DNA from: Mobula hypostoma | Taxonomy: Eukaryota | Reading direction: 5' to 3' | Assembly (NCBI RefSeq): GCF_963921235.1 | Contig: NC_086108.1 | Coordinates: forward strand, 101,992,001-102,056,000 | DNA: 64,000 bases | Part shown: one piece after another, positions 48,665-58,789 of the stretch | Layout: every line of letters begins with the position of its first letter | Numbering within the stretch: the first letter of the stretch is position 1 | Translations under genes and position numbers: made by a program | Notes under the pieces: model-generated | Databases searched by the model: none | What the model saw: only the letters and a program-made list of their open reading frames with translations | What the model was told of the DNA's origin: nothing

Positions 48665-51600
48665 GTTTCTTCCACAATGTTTCTCTTTAGGCCTGAGAAC
48701 ACGTATAATCAACTATATGGTGGGCAAGTACCTGGCAGTAGCTCTATAACACAGTAGTAGGGTCAGTGTGGTGGAAGAGCTGAGACATTTCCCTTAAATG
48801 GAAGCTGGTATCTATTGCCCTTTGGCTTGGCTTCATGACTCCAGACTGCTTGGGCACTTCCTTGGCGGGCCTCTTGGCTTGCTCCTGAACTAGAGACCCT
48901 CTGACTCCAGTTCCAGTGCACTAGACAGGGTCACGACTAGCACGGTTCTGTTGACTGGAGCCACCTGTCCTCCCTTGGAGACTGGGCTAGGTCTCCTGAA
49001 GGCTCCAGGTTACCCCAAGCATATATCTCCCTCCTCATCAGCCTCTGGCTTTGGGAGAGTCTAGGGATCAGAACACCAAGCCAAAAATATTACCTCTTGA
49101 AACGGCTTGACCATGCAATGATTCATTCTCCCTTCCAGTTCATGGAAGGGTTATGCTTGGACAGCCATGGGTGCCTGAGAATCATGGGTATGTGAGGAGA
49201 ATCGATAATATGGAACAAATGTCGTCCACATATTTCCTTATCCTTATTCACAAAACCAATGTCTGCTGCAGCTTCTGCCCAGAACCAAGAGGACGACCAT
49301 CCAGGACGGTTACAGGCATGGGCTGGTTCAACTCCTGCAGAGGCACATTGAACTGACAGATGGTCCTCAAGTCTAGGAAATTACCAGCTGCCCCAGAGTC
49401 CACAAAGGCACTCACCTCTCACCGCTTCTTTCCCCAGGAGATCTCTGCCTTCAGCGTGACACCAGAATCAGTAAGGCTGGAAGTTGCTGTTGTCGACCTG
49501 GAGGTGACTTGCCTCCCAGTAGTAGTAGCTGCAGCCTTGACTCTAACAACAGGAGCTCTCATCAGCAGAAAGTCTTGTGCAGCCAATTTGCATAGGCACA
49601 ACAGGATCTGGCGCAGGAGATGGGCTGGTCATTATCTGACGTCAGGAAGTGGAACTCCAAGTGTTGAAGCTGGACTTGGGCTCGGCCTCTTGGTCCTCTT
49701 GAGATAGTCCCACTATTGCTTTAGCAGGAGATTATCGAGGTGGATTGCCTGATCAATCAGACCTCTAATTCCTCTACCAGCTCTCCCAAGGCAAGGGCAT
49801 CCTTCAGTTCACTCCCGAGATCATGGCAGCACAGAGAAGTTAAAGCTTCCCCGTTCCTGCCACATGCCTTGGTCAAAGACTGAAACTCAATGGCATTGTC
49901 GGCTGCTGACAGTCTATTCTGATACACCTTCATCCGATGGTCCAAGGCTCTGTTAGCTCCAGCAGGGTGATGGAACACGCTCTTCATGGTGTTCATGAAT
50001 TCTTCTGAATCAGAGAAGATCTTCAACCTCCGTTCCCTATGCACAGTGGCCCAGGCCAGGGCTCTCCAGTCAGGAAAGAGATCATGAAGGCCATCTTTCC
50101 AGAAGGGAACGGAGCTGGCTGAAGTTCATACAGCAATGGACACGGACTGAGGAATCTGCGGCAAGAACCCGGGTCACTGCTGAATCTCTCTGGGGTCAGA
50201 AGATGGACTGACTCGACAGAGCAACCTACAGCATCACCCGAGTGACTCCAGCTTCCTCCTTGCAATACTTGGTGCGTGGTGACCAGGAGGTCGTGCATCT
50301 CCAGGCTCTGTCTAGAAATTTCCTCACTGTGCCTGGCAATAGCTGCCAAGAGGCTTTGGTACCCCACTGAGTTTCTTGTTAGGCTTTATCGTACCGTAAT
50401 GGGAGACCAAGGCGAGGATAGTCTGGAGTATTCAAGACTAGAATCAAGACACAATACAAGACTGAAACGACGACAGGGTTGTAAACTAGACAAGAATCCA
50501 AGGTGGAGCTGATGATTGAGCACTGAAGCTCAGTTCAGGTGTTCTTTAAATATCCTGGTGCCAGAACACAGCTGCCAATTAATGGGATGGTCTTGAGTCT
50601 TTAAAGGACTCTATCCATATTTGGCCAGCTATGCATATTCTGGAGAGAAGTAGTGTCTAAACCCTGGAAGCTGCCACAATCAGGTGCATATCACAACATA
50701 ATAGGGAACAAAGAAATGGCAGATACACTGAATAGGTATCTTGCATCAGTCTTCTCTGTGGAAGATACCTGCAACATGCCAGTTATTCCAGAGAGTCAGG
50801 AGAGTGACGTGAGTGTGTGTCGTTATTACTAAGATGAGGATGCTTGGGAAGCTGAAAGGTCTGAAGGTAAATAATTACCTGGACCAGATCTAGTTGTAAA
50901 AGAAGTAGCTGAAGAGATTGTTGGAGGGATGAGTAGTAATCTTTCAAGAATTCTTAACCCTAACCCTAAAGTCAGGAATGGTTGCAGAGGACTGGAAAAT
51001 TGTAAATGTTACTTCACTCTTTAAAAAAGGAAGGACATAAATGACCAGAAATTATAGACCACCTAGTCTGACTTCAATCGTTGGTAATATTTTAGAGTAC
51101 ATTAATAAGGAAGAGGTTTCTGGGTACAAGGAAGCACATGATAAAATAGGCCAAAGTCACCATAGTTTCATTAAAGAGAGAAGTTGTTTGACAATTTTTT
51201 TTTGTGGGAGTAACAAGCAGGATAAAAAAAGGAAGTGGTTCATTTTGGTAGGACAAATTTATAATATTAACGGTAAGACCCTTGGGAGTGTGGAGGATCA
51301 GAGGGATCTTGGGGTCCTTGTCCATAGGACACTCAAAGTCGCTGCACAGGTTGACAGTGTTGTTAAGAAAGCATATGGTATGTTATCATTCATCAACCAT
51401 TGGACTGAGTTGAAGAGCCGTGAGGTAATATTACAGCTATATAAGACCTAGGTCAGATCCCACTTGGATTATTGTGTTCAGTTCTGGTCACCTCACTACA
51501 GGAAGGACGTGGATACTATAGAAATAGTACAGAGGAGATATGAGAATAGGTTGAATGAACTTGGCCTTTTCTCCTTGGAGTGACAGAGGATGAGAGGTGA

Positions 51601-51859
51601 CCTAATAGAGGTGTATAATATGATGAGAGGGGCATTGGATAGCCAGAGTGTTTTTTCCAGGGCTGAAATGGCTAACACAAGGGGGCATAGTTTTAAGGTT
51701 TTGGAAGTAGGTACAGATTGGTTGTCAGAGGTAAATTTTTCACACAGAGAGTGGTGGATGCGTGGAATGTACTGCCAGCAATGGTGGTGGAGGCAGATAC
51801 AACAGGGTCTTTTAAGAGACTCTTAGGTAGGTACATGGAGCTTAGAAAAATAGAGGGCT

Positions 51860-52198
51860 GGGCCGGCTGGTGGCACAACAACATCGGTGTCGGACCCGGG
51901 AGCGGAGGTTCCCAAGTTCGAAAGTAGTCGGGTCCGCCTCCGAGTATGCTTTCCATCCATGCTGGGTTGAGTGTCGAGATCGCAACTCGACCTCGTAAAA
52001 CAAAGGGAAAATACTGCGAAGAATGTCTGTGTGAGGAGTGGCCATGAAAAATCCATCATCACGGACGCACACATGGACACACGCACGGACACTCAGACGC
52101 ATACGCACAGGCACGCACATGCAGACGCATACACACAGGCACGCACATGCAAACACATACGCACAGACACGCACGCAGGCAGGCACACGCCAAAAAAA
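51860..52198 (+). mobile_element. tRNA-headed SINE with (GCAC/AC)-rich 3' part and A tail; 16-bp TSD
   Basis: TSD AGAAAAATAGAGGGCT at 51844-51859 and 52199-52214; 5' GGGCCGG; B-box-like GTTCGAA at ~51916; hairpin gtcgag-atcgcaa-ctcgac. Confidence 0.85.
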
Positions 52199-52662
52199 AG
52201 AAAAATAGAGGGCTATGCAGTAGGGTAATTCTGGGCAGTTTCTAGAGTAGGTTACATGTCAGCACAAAATTGTGGGCTGAAGGGCCTGTAATGTGCTGCA
52301 GATTTCTGTGTTCTACGTTCTATGAAGGTCAGTGGATGTTTTTTGGATTTTCAGAAGAACTTTGACAAGGTGCTGCATGTGAAGCTGTTTAACAAGATAG
52401 CAGCCTATAGTATTACAGGAAAAGGTACTAGCAAGGGTTGACCAGCAGTAGTGTGTGGGAATAAAGGGGGCCTTTTTTATTTGGCTGCTGGTGACTAGCG
52501 TTGTTCCACAATGATCAGTGTTTGGTCTTCTACTTTTCATGTTATTTTATTGATCTGGATATCAGAATTGATGGCTTTGTTGCCAAGTTTGCTGATGACA
52601 CGGTGATAGGTGGAAGGCTACCTGGTGTTGTGGCAGCAGGAAGTCTGCAGAAAGACTTAGAC

Positions 52663-53495
52663 TCACATGGTCCGGTCCGTGAAGTCCGCATTCCGGTTCA
52701 AGGTCCAGTCCATCAACCCTTGCTCCAGGTTTTCCTGTCTACCCTGTTTCTGTTCCTGTTGAGCACTAATTGAGGCAGCTGATTCTCGTTGGGGCTGGCT
52801 GCATAAATACCTCCAGAGACCAGGGCGTGGCTGCTGGATTGTTCTTGACCTTACTCCTTGCATCCCTTCCTCTGCCTTCTGTTTCCTCGCCTGAAGCCCT
52901 GCCTTGTCTTGCCGGTAACTCTCGCCTCACCTGTAGTCTTGTCCTGGAACCACCCTGTACCTAGCTCCCTTCCTGTCCCTTGCCTCTGCCAGGTAAGTCA
53001 GGCCATTTTGCCATTACCCTGTGGTTGGTTCTGTCCCTTCCTGTCCCTTGCCTCCATCGGGTGGAGATCCACGCCCTGCCCAAGAGAAGCTTCAAAACCC
53101 CAAGCCTCTAGCCAGGCCTCACCTCAAATCTATAGCCTCGCCTCAAGCCTCTAGTCTCAATTCTCTGGTCTCCGGTCTCGCCTCAATTCTCTGGTCTCAG
53201 GCCTCGCCTCAAGTCTCAAGCCTGAAGACTCCAGCCTCGTCCTGCCTGCCAGCCAAGTCATGTCCTTGCCTAGTTCTGGGGTCCGAGCCAGAGGCAAGAC
53301 CCAGTTTCTGAGCCCTTGTCCAGTCTCTGGCTCGGAGTCCAACCCCTGGCTCCTAGCTCTCTTGTCCAGTCCTGTTCCGGGTTCCCGATTTTCATGTCCA
53401 TGTTCTAGCCCTCACCCTGTATCCTAGTCCTGTCCCTAGTACTTCAGTGTCTGTGTCTTGCACTTGGGCCCGTTTCCAGCCACCACCTTATGAGA
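52663..53495 (+). mobile_element. Solo LTR of the same family as 47537-48664
   Basis: Shares catggtcc.gtc.gtgaagtccgcattccggtt and gtacttcagtgtctgtgtcttgca; degraded termini; TSD (T/C)AGAC. Confidence 0.8.
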
Positions 53496-54317
53496 CAGAC
53501 AAGTTGCGAGAATGAGCAATGAAGTGTAGAGAGCTGTATGGTCAAGGTAGAAGTCAGAAATTAGAGGTGCAAAGGGACTTGGGATTCACTAAAAATTAAC
53601 TTGTAGGTTGGGTGAGCAGTAAGGAAGGCAAATGCAATATTAGTAATCATCTCAAGGACTACAATATAAAAGCAAGGACTTAAGACTGAGTCTTTATAAG
53701 GCATTCTTCAGACCACATTTGAAGCAGTATAAGCAGTTCTTGATCTCACATCTGAGATATAATGTGGCGCATTGGAGAGGGTCCTTAAAAGATTTATGAG
53801 AATCGTCTCGTAGATTGAAGGGAATTAACCTGTGAGTAGTATTTGACGACTCTAGGCCTGTACTGGCTGCAGTTTAGAAGGCTGAGCAGAGGATTTCATT
53901 GAAATCTACCAGACATTGAAAGGCCTGGATAAAGTGGATATGGAACAGATGTTTCCAGTGGTGGTCAAGTCGGGCCAGAGGAGAGAATGATATATTCTTG
54001 ATTAGTAAGTGAGTTAATGGTTATGGGAAGAAGGCAAAAGAAAGGAATTGAAATGGAACAATAAACAGCCATAGTCGATTGAGTGGATTTGATAGGCTGA
54101 ATGGCCTAATTCTGTTCCTATGTTTTATGGTCTTATGGACTGCATGGAGAAGCTAACAACCAAATAATTTTCATTAACAAGCAGAGCCAGTTCTCACTAA
54201 ATAAGTTCAGGACTTCCACGTCCTTAACTTGGTGGCAATTATTAAGAAAATCTGGGCCATTTATTAATGTTAAACAAAACATACATACTTTCCAATCACA
54301 CACAGGAGAAAATCTGT

Positions 54318-55400
54318 AGCAACACACACTAAATGCTGGAGGAACTCAGTAGGCCAGGCAACATCTATGGAAAAGAGTACAGTCAACGTTTCAGGCCGAG
54401 ACCCTACAGCAGGACTGGGGGAAAAAAATGAGGAGTCAGAATTAGAAAGTAGGGGAGGGGAGGAAGAAACACAAGGTGATAAGGTAAAGGTGAAGTAAAG
54501 AGCCGGGAAGTTGATTGGTGAAAGAAATAAAGGGCTGGAGAAGGGGAATCTGGTAAGAGAGGACAGAAGGCCATGGGAGAAAGAAACAGGGGAGAGCAGC
54601 ACCAGAGGGAGGCAATGGCAGGCAAGGACATAAGGTGAGAGTGGGAAAAGGGGTTGGGGAATAGAGAAGGGAGGGGCCATTACCGAAGTTCGATAAATCG
54701 ATATTCATTCCATCAGACTGGAGGCTACCCAGATGGAACATAAGTTGTTGGTCCTCCAACCTGAGTGTGGTTTCACTGCGGCAGTAGAGGAGGCCATGGA
54801 CTGACTTGCAGGAATGGGAATGGGAAGTGGAATTGAGATGGGATGGCTACCAGAATATCCACTTTTTCTGATGGACGGAGCATAGGTGCTTAGCTAAGCG
54901 GTCTCCTAGTCTGCGACAGGTCTCACTGACATGCAGGAGGCCACACCGGGAGCACTGAATACAGTAGGTACCCTCAACAGACTCACAGGTGAAGTGTTGC
55001 CTCACCTGGAAGGACTATACAGGGACCTGAATGGTAGTAAGAGAGGAGGCGTAGCACTTGTTCCACCTGCAAGGATAAGTGCCAATAGGGAGATAGGGAG
55101 GGAGGGATGAATGGACAAGGGAGTCACGTAGGGAGCAACCTCTGCAGAACGCAGTAAGTGGAGTGGGAGGGGAGGGAAAGATGTGCTTGGTAGTAGAATC
55201 CCATTGGAAATGGCAGAAGTTATGGAGAATTATGTGCTGCACATAGAGATTGGTGGGCTGGTAAGGGAGGATAAGAGGAGCTCTACCCCTGGTGAAGTGG
55301 CGGGAGGATGGGGGCAGATGTGCAAGAAATGAAAGAGATGCGGTACACGGCAGCATTGATGGTGGAGGAAGGGGAGCTCCTTTCTTTAAAGGAGGAGGAC
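54318..55400 (-). mobile_element. Old Neptune-type Penelope 3' half; hammerhead with mutated core at 54381-54416
   Basis: TKHIFPSPP, YPCRWNKCY, LGSLQSDGMNID; agtcctgctgtagggtctcggcctgaaacgttgact. Confidence 0.85.
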
Positions 55401-55401
55401 A

Positions 55402-55925
55402 CGTCCCGACTCCCCAAAGCCTGTCCACCATCTACACGGCTCAGGTCAGGAGTGTAATGGAATACTCACCACTTGCCTGGATGAGCGCAACTCCATAAAC
55501 ACTCAGAAGCTTGACACGATCCAGTACAAGGCAGCCCACTTGATTGGTACCCCTTCCACAAGCATCCAATCCCTCCACCATCAATGAACAGCTGCAGCAG
55601 TGTGTATTATCTAGGAGATGCACTGCAACAACACACCAAAGTTCCTAAGGCAGCACCTTCCAGACCCACCATCACTACCATCTAGAAGGACGAGAACAGC
55701 AGATACCTGGGACCGCCACTTGGAAATCCCCCTCCAAGTTGCTCACCATCCTGACATGGAAACTTATCGCCATTCTTTTATTGTCGATAGATCAAAATCA
55801 TGGAATTGCCTCCCTAACAGCACTGTGGGTGTAGCTACACCACAGGGACTGCAGTGGTTGAGGAAGGCAGCTCATCACCACCTTCTCAAGGGCAGCTAGG
55901 GATGGTCAGTAAATGCTGGCTTAGC
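55402..55925 (+). mobile_element. 3' end of a divergent CR1-group LINE
   Basis: STIYTAQVRSVMEYSPLAWMS, SWNCLP, KAAHHHLLKG, 3' motif taaatgctggcttagc. Confidence 0.7.
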
Positions 55926-56299
55926 TGCTATTTTGTTGCTATTTTGGGAGATTTTGATTGGGGGGGTGCTGTAGATAACGAATGACACAGAGCTTGATTT
56001 AAATGAACTGAGCTGACTGAATATGCCTGGACTCTATCAATTTTGTGTTTTATATTCTGTGTTCATCGCTCATTTTTTTTTGCTTTTTGAGATTTATTTT
56101 TGCACATGGCGTGGGGTGGGGGGGGCGTGGGTTGATGTTTTTCTTTGTCCGGGTTCCAGGGTTTCATGGCTATCTGTGGGAAGATGAATCTCAGGGCATA
56201 GGTACTTTGATAATAAATGTACTTCGAATTTTTGAATCTTTTAATGCACAATAAATGCTGATATGCCAATAAAGTCCTTATTCTTGATAATTCCATCAA

Positions 56300-56680
56300 T
56301 GATCCCCATCATCCCATGCTCATTTCTCACTGCTGTCATCAGAAAGGAGGTACGGGAGACATAGGTCCCACACCAAGTTCAGGAATAGTTATTACCCCTC
56401 GACCTTCAGGCTCCTGAACCAGGATGGTTAACCTCATTAACATCAACACTAAACTGATAGCACAATCTACAGACTCACTTTCAAGGACTCTACAACTCAT
56501 TCTCAGTATTATTTATTTACTTATTTTTTATTATTATTATTATGCGTTTGCACAGCTTATCAGTGTCTTTTTTATTGATCCTGTTATATTTCTTTGTTCT
56601 ATCGTGGATGTCTGCAAAAATTAATCAGGGTAGTGTCAGGAGACATATGCATTGATAATAAATTTCCTTTGAACTTTGAA
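56300..56680 (+). mobile_element. Rex1/Babar 3' end
   Basis: FSLLSSERRY, FRNSYYP; tail ataataaatttcctttgaactttga. Confidence 0.7.
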
Positions 56681-56824
56681 TAAAACAGTGTAACTGTTTT
56701 TATTATTGTGGATTTATTGATAGACTCCTATCTTCAAACTTGGCATTCATGATCTTTGTGTAAAAACTTATAGATATTTGTATGAAGTTGTGGAACAGAA
56801 ATTTTTTAAACAAATATAACACAG

Positions 56825-56925
56825 AGTCCTGACGAAGGGTCTCGGCCTGAAACGTCAACTGCGCCTCTTCCTATAGATGCTGCTTGGCCTGCTGCGTTCA
56901 CCAGCAACTTTGATGTATGTTGCAA
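56825..56925 (+). mobile_element. Short Penelope terminus starting exactly at a hammerhead motif (56825-56860)
   Basis: agtcctgacgaagggtctcggcctgaaacgtcaact then gatgctgcttggcctgctgcgttcaccagc. Confidence 0.85.
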
Positions 56926-57836
56926 CATATAATACAATACTTCCAGTATTTGCAGAATGAAACTTACTTTCCTTAGCAATGACATTACACATGGATTATA
57001 TAAGTATGATTGTTTAAGGTATTCATTAAAAATTCCTTCACCTACTACTCTAGGGAAGATATTTAGCTAAATTGAAATCAAACTGGGGCTGCACTGCAAG
57101 GATTTGTGCTGCAATTTCACCTGTTTGTTATTGCTGATTGACGTATCACTTCGATGAACCTGATAGCCAATTTACTAATGTCTTGAAATAGCAAGTATGC
57201 AGATGAAGGTGTAAAGCAAATAATGATAGATTAAATGATTCAGACTGTGGTAATTATGACATCGTCCACTTTGTCTTAAATGGAGAGGGTTCTGAGTCCT
57301 CTTGAAATTGTGAAAAACAGAAAAAAGTGCATGTTGAAAATGATTTAGGGATTTGCATTCAAGAATCATGAGCATGCATGAGCCAGGGTAGGAAAATAAT
57401 TTGAAATGACACAGAATGAAGCCATTCATTCCATTATCTACATCTGATCTCAAGAGCAACCCCATTCTGTCACTTATTTCTTAATGATCTGTTCTCTCTC
57501 GGATGTTTATTATCTCTATTCCAAATGCCGCAATGCCCTTGTGCACTGGTGTACTTTGGATAATCTACAATAGCCAAATAAACTACCAAACTGTACCTTG
57601 GAATGTCCCAATTCCCCACAGATCCAAGTGTTTAGCCAATGGCATAAAGGAGAGCCTGTCTCAGTGCGCCTACATGTTGATGACCAACATTTGATTGTGT
57701 GATAAGATCAATGCCTGATTTCTCTGGTAGTTTCCACGTGGTGACTGCATGGTCAAGCATTCTATATTGCAAACATGCAGGCATCTACACCGTAGAACTT
57801 AGAGCAAGATTTCTGGAGGCTATCAATACAATTCCA

Positions 57837-57997
57837 CTGCCATAATGGAGAGCTGCTCTAATTCTTTGGCTGTATTCTCTCTATTGCTATGGTGCGGAAT
57901 ATGGCTCCACTTTGTTCCACAGCTGCAAAGCAACCATGTATTCAACCAGCAATATGATTTCATCACCAATTGTAGCATCATTACCAGCATGAAATGC
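57837..57997 (-). pseudogene. CLCA: Decayed CLCA exon (vWA domain; equivalent of the GSEIVLLTDGED...LEELSKMTG exon)
   Basis: Acceptor ttgcttcatAG. AFHAGNDATIGDEIILL / GCFAAVEQSGAIFRTIAI / ENTAKELEQLSIMA in shifting frames; TDGED segment missing; no GT at the expected donor position. Confidence 0.85.
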
Positions 57998-58789
57998 CTA
58001 TGAAGCAATTGATTCTGAACGTTGGAAGATAAGAAATACAAAGAACAAAGATCTCAGACTTGCTCTGTCATTCAGTAATATTATAGTCCACCCTGTGTGA
58101 CCCCAATTACTCTATAAATTTCACTAAATAAATAAAATTTTACTGCCTGTAACGTAGAGAATTCTCAACAATTTATAACACCCCGTGAAGATTTTTTCAC
58201 ATTTCTGTCTGAATATATGCACTCTAATCCTGAGACCATATACCTAATTTGATTTGTTCCAGCCAGACATGAGGTTAGAATTCCTTCTGTGCATTTTATA
58301 TATTTCAATGCAATTCCCTCTCGATTTCCTAAACTTCAGTAAATATTATGCATGCTAATCTATTTCTCCTTATAGATAATCCTCACATCCCTGGAATAAA
58401 AACAATGAATATATGCTGCGCTGCCTTTAATGAAAGCAGAGAGACCAAGTTGGCATAAAGAATTCCAAACATAGTCTCCCTAAAGGGTACTAATCTATGT
58501 TCTCCAGCCCCTTTGCATTACCAGCTTAATTTATCCCTCAATATGATTCAAGATTCAAACAGGGCTCTCTTTTATTGCTATTGTCTCTTCTCCAGGGGAT
58601 TCACCCTGAGGTTTTCAAGTTGGTAGGGTAAAGCTTCTAATCATTGCTAGGTTTCTCTCCCTGTCCGTCCTGCGTAAACCAAGCCTCCTCTCAAACAGTG
58701 CTTTTTTTTTAAAATCGGTAAACCTTGCTTCCATCCCTCTGCAGATGGAGCTTTCTAAGATTACATCTTTGGGTTTAATTAACCTGGGT

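Larger units (their letters stand above)
38367..50695 (-). mobile_element. Old Ty3/Gypsy (sushi-like) LTR retrotransposon with diverged LTRs (~38367-39451 and ~50395-50695), inserted in a + strand CR1 (38060-38365, resuming ~50699)
   Basis: Shared LTR motifs atgggagacc, ctcagttcaggtg, gagtctttaaagg, gtctaaacc, tgcatat(a/c)aca; gag PERFSSDPGSCRRFL (~50190); protease AFVDSGA (~49400); [21 protein letters not shown] (~47450); RNase H and integrase remnants at ~39500-40620. Confidence 0.8.
50699..54135 (+). mobile_element. Old CR1 ORF2 (continuation of 38060-38365) containing a HER1-like CR1 3' part (~51237-52323), a SINE and a solo LTR
   Basis: [36 protein letters not shown]; tails at ~52300-52323 and ~54120-54137. 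Confidence 0.8.

Noticed and set aside
56960..57240. Splice-like motifs (GTAAGT, CAG/GTGA) on the minus strand as CLCA exons
   Set aside because: Translations show no similarity to the expected CLCA exons.
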